Part shown: positions 59,439 through 64,000 of the stretch, piece by piece
Position numbering within the stretch: the first letter of the stretch is position 1
How the letters are laid out: each line of letters opens with the position of its first letter
Assembly (NCBI GenBank): GCA_002505775.1
Contig: DAVY01000006.1
Span: 9,318 to 73,317 of the forward strand
From: Euryarchaeota archaeon UBA130
GTDB taxonomy: Archaea > Thermoplasmatota > Poseidoniia > Poseidoniales > Thalassarchaeaceae
DNA: 64,000 nt
Reading direction: 5' to 3'
Made by a program: the position numbers and the translations under genes
Notes under the pieces: model-generated
The model's input: the letters and a program-made list of their open reading frames with translations, nothing else
What the model was told of the DNA's origin: nothing
The model's database searches: none

Positions 59439-61703
59439 CTATTTTCGCTTTCTTCTCTTGTTCATCGATTTTAGTTTTGATATTATCTTACTAGCTTCCG
59501 ATTTTGTGATATCGGACTCTTCTGCCAATTCTGCCATGGCTAAAACATCTCTCATTGGAAGGCCCTGCTTCTCTGCCATACTCTTTATCAAATCAATTTG
59601 TGGTTCTGATGCTGGTAGTGACTCATTGACTTCTTTCATGAGTCCAATAAGCACACTGGCAGTGCCATTCCTTCCTCCTGTCAGCTCTGAAAAATCTGAT
59701 ACATCAATCAACTTCAATGCCTGCTCCTCTGAGATATTTGATTTATCGATTAGCGAGGTCAGGTAATTTATCTGCTTCTCACTAGGTTTTGGACCTCCAT
59801 TTTCGCCTTCAGTTGCAATCAGTTTCTCTATTAATTCGCTTGCCTCATTACCCGTAAGATCCGGAATTTCTTTCCCATCCAATAACTCTAGTTGTTTTTC
59901 TTCTGGCAAATGGACAATTCTATTCTCTATGGCCCATATCTGTTTTGGGGTGGGCCTACTTCTTCGAATTTCTAATGCATTATCGTGAGCGACTTTGAAA
60001 GATTTCGTAAATGAATCCCACATCTCTGAGCCAGAAATCTCCCCTTCTTCTATCATATCAAGACGCTTCTCCATATCCGCAGTAAACTCCGATGAGAACA
60101 ATTTATTTTCTTCATTCTGATTATTATAGATTGGTGCTACCTCTGTCCATAAAACCATGCCGTTTTCACTCGGAGTAAGTGACCCGCTATCATTGGATAC
60201 ATACTTTCTATCGATGAGTTTCTGGACAGTACTGACATATGTGGAAGGCCTACCTATTCCTGCAGATTTCATCTTCTTGACAATTGAGCTTTCTGTAAAC
60301 CTCCGAGGGGGCTTTGTCTCGTCAGTGGTCTTTACTGGGTTATCTTCTTTTTCATCAATTTCCCATACCGATCCTTCTACCATATCGTACTTAGGTTCGA
60401 CAATTCTAGGAGATGGTAGAAATTGTTCTGATGCAGCCTCCCATCCGGCATGTATTCTCCAAGATGCCGTACCAGAAATAGTCAAATCTGTCCCCGTCAC
60501 GCTTGCAGAAATTTCTCTCTTCTCTCTAACGGAATTGGACATCTGACTAGAAATAAACCTAGATCTGATTAGAGAATAAAGCCTAGTTGAATCTTCATCG
60601 ACATCCTGAATCTCGTCTAATTTTGGGTCTGTAGGCCTAATGGCCTCATGTGCGTCTTGGACATTAGTACTCCCCTTTTTGTCGTCAGGGCCTAATGATC
60701 CATCTCCTAGGAACTCCTGCCCATATTTTTCCAAGATTATTGTTTTTGCAGATTCTCTTGCAATAGAACTAGTCCTTGTAGAATCAGTACGTATGTAGGT
60801 AATATATCCCTTGTTGTACAAATCTGAAGCTATTTTGCTAGTTTTTGACATAGACCAACCAAGTGAACTGCTAGCCGATTGTAGCATAGTATCCGTTGTA
60901 AAAGGAGGTGGTGGTTTACGATTGGTCTTCCCAGTGTTAACCGACTTGACAGTAAATAAGCCAGATTGTTTTAGGGCACTGTAGGCCTCTTCAGCGAGCT
61001 CGTTTTTGAATGTCCTATCTGAAAAGAATTTTCCATTATCATCCTTCCAAGCATCGTCATCCGTGCTATTGTGAAACCTAAATTTAAACGTATATCCATC
61101 ACTAGATGCGTGCACGCTGTGATAAGGTATTGGAATATGTGAATCTCGTTCTATCTCCCTATCTACTATGTATCCCAATGTCGGTGTCTGAACTCTCCCC
61201 ATGGACCTAAGATTCCAACTCTTAGCAAATTTGGAGCATCTAAAACCAACAAGCCTATCCATAAATCTCCTTACCTTGGCGGCTTCAACCAAAGCATAGT
61301 CTATTTCACTGTGGTTTTCGACGGCAATCTCTACAGCTTGTTTGGTAATCTCGTTAAATGTAACTCTTGTTACAAACGGGAACTCGGAAAAAATATGCGC
61401 TAATCTCCATGCTATGAACTCTCCTTCTCGGTCTGGGTCGGTAGCGATGTACACTTCGCTAACATTATTTTTCCTAGCCTTGTCAAGAAGCTTCGTTACT
61501 ACCTTCTCTGCTCTATCTGTCCATTCCCATGGTGGATCGGGAAGTTTACCTTTTTCTGATGCCCACATCGCCTTGCTACCATTTTTTCCAGACCGTGGTA
61601 AATCTTGTACATGACCAAAACATGCTTCTACTATCCATCCTTTTCCAAGATATTTTTTTACTGTCTTACCCTTAGCTCCCGATTCGAGTATCATTAGCTT
61701 CAT
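59439..61703 (-). CDS. topA: DNA topoisomerase I (type IA) with repeat-containing, Cys-poor C-terminal region
   Basis: 754 aa. Toprim start MKLMILESGAKGKTVKKYLG…EACFGHVQDLP, active-site Tyr region, type-IA cleavage-religation core. C-terminal ~180 aa contain two imperfect repeats (…PSEKQINYLTSLI… / …SEPQIDLIKSMAEK…) and no zinc ribbons. Confidence 0.85.
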   Translation of the reverse strand: MKLMILESGAKGKTVKKYLGKGWIVEACFGHVQDLPRSGKNGSKAMWASEKGKLPDPPWEWTDRAEKVVTKLLDKARKNNVSEVYIATDPDREGEFIAWRLAHIFSEFPFVTRVTFNEITKQAVEIAVENHSEIDYALVEAAKVRRFMDRLVGFRCSKFAKSWNLRSMGRVQTPTLGYIVDREIERDSHIPIPYHSVHASSDGYTFKFRFHNSTDDDAWKDDNGKFFSDRTFKNELAEEAYSALKQSGLFTVKSVNTGKTNRKPPPPFTTDTMLQSASSSLGWSMSKTSKIASDLYNKGYITYIRTDSTRTSSIARESAKTIILEKYGQEFLGDGSLGPDDKKGSTNVQDAHEAIRPTDPKLDEIQDVDEDSTRLYSLIRSRFISSQMSNSVREKREISASVTGTDLTISGTASWRIHAGWEAASEQFLPSPRIVEPKYDMVEGSVWEIDEKEDNPVKTTDETKPPRRFTESSIVKKMKSAGIGRPSTYVSTVQKLIDRKYVSNDSGSLTPSENGMVLWTEVAPIYNNQNEENKLFSSEFTADMEKRLDMIEEGEISGSEMWDSFTKSFKVAHDNALEIRRSRPTPKQIWAIENRIVHLPEEKQLELLDGKEIPDLTGNEASELIEKLIATEGENGGPKPSEKQINYLTSLIDKSNISEEQALKLIDVSDFSELTGGRNGTASVLIGLMKEVNESLPASEPQIDLIKSMAEKQGLPMRDVLAMAELAEESDITKSEASKIISKLKSMNKRRKRK

Positions 61704-61815
61704 GGTAACACCTCAGTTTTTCGTCGTCGATGTTCCTTCCCCTCGATATTCCCCGTATAAACATGAGTGATGTTGGAGCAGTACAACGCGCGCACGCGCG
61801 GGCACACGTGAGACG

Positions 61816-62220
61816 TCAGTAACTTCTAGCCGATATTTCATCCCACGGTCCTTCTGATCCGGGTCCTCCACATCCTATACAACCCGGGTAACCTGCAGAT
61901 GCTAATGAAGTGACCATCAACCTGAAATCCTCCCAATATTGTCCACTATCAGATCTTTTTGAATTTACCCAACAATAAGTTAAATCTGGTTCATCTACAC
62001 CTATTAAGAAATTTTCATTTTCCCCGTTATGATATCTTATTTCTTTCCCATTTGAACAGAGAATGATGGGAGGATCAATCTTAGACGGTACAAGATCAGA
62101 TATCGTTAATATCAATTTTTCAGATTCTGAAAGGAGATCTCTTGGCACGTAAAGCGACCCCCCGTTGGACCTTAGAAGCCTTCTAGCCGCCTCCCTCAAG
62201 GAGTCAGTATATGTGGCCAT
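61816..62220 (-). CDS. Hypothetical protein
   Basis: 134 aa ORF, Gly/Cys-rich C-terminus (GYPGCIGCGGPG). No family recognised. Confidence 0.35.
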   Translation of the reverse strand: MATYTDSLREAARRLLRSNGGSLYVPRDLLSESEKLILTISDLVPSKIDPPIILCSNGKEIRYHNGENENFLIGVDEPDLTYCWVNSKRSDSGQYWEDFRLMVTSLASAGYPGCIGCGGPGSEGPWDEISARSY

Positions 62221-62271
62221 GACTACGCGACCATGCGTAACTATTCAAGAGTGCGTTGTTATCGCGTTAAC

Positions 62272-63375
62272 ATGGGCCTCGGATGGAGACTATTGGCGAG
62301 GCCAGTTATTTCCAGATTGGACTCAGAGAGATCTCATGATCTCGCCTTAGGTACTTTGTCCAAATTTGATAAATCTAATTTCGGGAAATCGGTATTAAGT
62401 CGTATGTACAAATCCCCAGAGCTCCCCATTCACACTCTTGGTAGATTATTCCACCATCCTTTAGGTCTAGCAGCTGGCATGGACAAAGGAGCCAGAGCTC
62501 TTTCAGCATGGCCTGCTTTAGGGTTTTCTTGGATAGAGTATGGAGGAATCACTAGATACCCACAAGACGGGAATCCCAAGCCTAGGATGTTCCGTGCCAA
62601 TTCTGAAAGAGCATTGGTCAATAGTATGGGATTCAATAATCCTGGTTCCTCATCTCTCAGGGATTCTCTTGTAGATAGAAAGTCGTCAGGGAACTGGCCC
62701 AATGTACCAATAGCCGCAAATATTGGGCGCTCAAAGAAGGTAGATAATGAGCAAGCACCCAGGGACTATTCCCATACACTAGATACACTTTGGGGACATG
62801 CCGATATGTTTGTGCTAAATGTCTCATCCCCGAATACTCCGGGCCTAAGGAATCTCCAAAATGAAGATTTATTGCGAAATGTCCTTAGAGAGTGCACTAA
62901 GGTTCGTGAAAAATATAATTCCAATAAACCACTTTTGTTGAAACTTTCCCCAGATAATGATGATGAGTTAATTTCCGAGATGGCAGACATCTCAATAAAA
63001 TATGGAATTGACGGCATTGTCGCTACAAATACTACGATTTCTAGACCCGAGCCTAAGAATACTCAATCAAGGATAGCTTTCTCCCAATCGGGAGGCGTAT
63101 CCGGCAAGCCCCTCCACAAGAGATCCCTCGAAGTAATTTCCAATATTTACAATCACACCCAGGGGAAAATAACCATAGTGGGCGTAGGGGGCATAGATTC
63201 ACCAGATAGCGCCTGGAAATCAATACAAGCAGGCGCTAGCTTGATACAATTGTATTCTGGCTTGGTCTTCAACGGTCCAGGAGTAACATCTTCTATTGTT
63301 AGAGGGCTGAAAAGTAGAGTTAAAGAATATGGATTCAGTGGAATCACTGAAGCAGTGGGAAACGCCCACAAGTAG
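62272..63375 (+). CDS. pyrD: Dihydroorotate dehydrogenase (quinone), class 2
   Basis: Colinear with E. coli PyrD, including the N-terminal membrane-association segment (RLDSERSHDLALG ≈ QLDPERAHEF), GLAAGMDK, NVSSPNTPGLR, IVATNTT, GVGGIDS. Start trimmed to Met14. Confidence 0.8.
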   Translation: MGLGWRLLARPVISRLDSERSHDLALGTLSKFDKSNFGKSVLSRMYKSPELPIHTLGRLFHHPLGLAAGMDKGARALSAWPALGFSWIEYGGITRYPQDGNPKPRMFRANSERALVNSMGFNNPGSSSLRDSLVDRKSSGNWPNVPIAANIGRSKKVDNEQAPRDYSHTLDTLWGHADMFVLNVSSPNTPGLRNLQNEDLLRNVLRECTKVREKYNSNKPLLLKLSPDNDDELISEMADISIKYGIDGIVATNTTISRPEPKNTQSRIAFSQSGGVSGKPLHKRSLEVISNIYNHTQGKITIVGVGGIDSPDSAWKSIQAGASLIQLYSGLVFNGPGVTSSIVRGLKSRVKEYGFSGITEAVGNAHK

Positions 63376-63407
63376 TAGTAATGTTCTCTTTAATACCAGG
63401 TGGAAAA

Positions 63408-63791
63408 ATGTCATTGAATCGTAATAATCGACTATTTGTTATCGGCGGATCGATAATCGTGCTGGTAATTATGATGCTAGCAACAGTCGACCCAGAGACT
63501 CAATATTACATTGACAATGTCATGGATGATCCTGAGGATTACACTGGCGATGTTCATATCAGGGGGGAGGTCTTGGAAGGCTCAGTGGACGTTGAAAACT
63601 ACACTTTCGTTTTGACCGGTGTTAACCATATGCTGTTGGTTGACTTCCATGGCGCAGCAGTACCAGATGGATTTAGTGAAGGAAAAACAATCGCAATCAA
63701 GGGAACATTGTCATCTTCCTCTGGAGAGTGGATTCTAGATGCTAAAGAGATTCAAACTGGGTGCCCATCAAAATATGAATCAGCAGAATAA
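63408..63791 (+). CDS. ccmE: Cytochrome c-type biogenesis heme chaperone CcmE, CxxxY variant
   Basis: Colinear with E. coli CcmE: N-terminal anchor NRNNRLFVIGGSIIVLV, OB-fold region GEVLEGSVDV…FVLTG…VDFHGAAVPDGFSEGKTIAIKGTL. Heme-binding HxxxY is replaced by GCPSKY (CxxxY). Confidence 0.7.
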   Translation: MSLNRNNRLFVIGGSIIVLVIMMLATVDPETQYYIDNVMDDPEDYTGDVHIRGEVLEGSVDVENYTFVLTGVNHMLLVDFHGAAVPDGFSEGKTIAIKGTLSSSSGEWILDAKEIQTGCPSKYESAE

Positions 63792-64000
63792 TGGCCCCGA
63801 TTCTTTCAAATGCCAAATCTCCCCGGGTAGTACGGGCTAGGGGGGGTGTTGACGTACTCTATTTTTCACAAATCGTCGATAATGGTGACCTGAAGTCCGA
63901 GGGCGGCGTAAACGAAGCAATTGGATCCTGCTGGTTGACTACGACGCCTCGCCCCCAAGAGATGCAGGTTGTTGGGAGGGTCACCCGGAGGGGTCACCTA

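Noticed and set aside
1-64000. CRISPR arrays, transposases, integrases, prophage genes
   Set aside because: Scanned intergenic regions and ORF translations. No short regularly spaced direct repeats and no DDE/tyrosine-recombinase-like ORFs were seen.
63962-64000. Possible start of a downstream gene (ATG at 63962, MQVVGRVTRRGHL…) containing the GGGTCACC direct repeat
   Set aside because: Only 13 codons are visible before the window ends; cannot be supported as a gene.

Overview
This 64 kb window is from an archaeal chromosome. It carries the archaeal RNA polymerase operon rpoH–rpoB (unsplit, 1241 aa)–rpoA'–rpoA''–rpl30e, plus aCPSF1/FttA, proteasome beta, tRNA-splicing endonuclease, a Pop5-like RNase P subunit, ribosomal protein eS1 (S3Ae), ZPR1 and SepF. 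GC content is moderate (about 45–48% by eye) and gene packing is tight, with many 1–4 bp start/stop overlaps. A cluster of bacterial-type metabolic genes (E. coli-like thyA–folA, class-2 pyrD, plsC, pntAB, cytosolic-type mdh, CcmE, an Mqn-type radical SAM) together with secreted peptidase/PKD/CARDB surface proteins suggests a planktonic Thermoplasmatota-like (MGII/Poseidoniales-like) archaeon; this is inference only. Two tRNAs (Lys-TTT, Pro-TGG) are present. There are no rRNA genes, CRISPR arrays, transposases or integrases. Features that stand out: (1) an accessory block, inserted where NusA–S12–S7 normally follow rpl30e, with four paralogous ~270–330 aa coiled-coil proteins, three of them with basic C-tails, around an operon of a CARDB surface protein with a cytoplasmic double zinc ribbon, a DtxR-family repressor and a polytopic membrane protein, with a GGTCAC-TAT-GTGACC palindrome in the divergent promoter. 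(2) A new paralogous pair of secreted, membrane-anchored proteins with a conserved GCxCH…WTAPxE…AGNSVNGDG signature, one inside a Rieske/split-cytochrome-b operon and one directly after pntAA-pntAB-pntB, plus a CxxxY-variant CcmE at the window end. (3) A shared ~55-aa HhH-like N-terminal module on both RpoH and RpoA''. (4) Unusual fusions: Mtq2-like methyltransferase–BirA, eS1–SAP, and a Cys-rich insertion in RpoA'.
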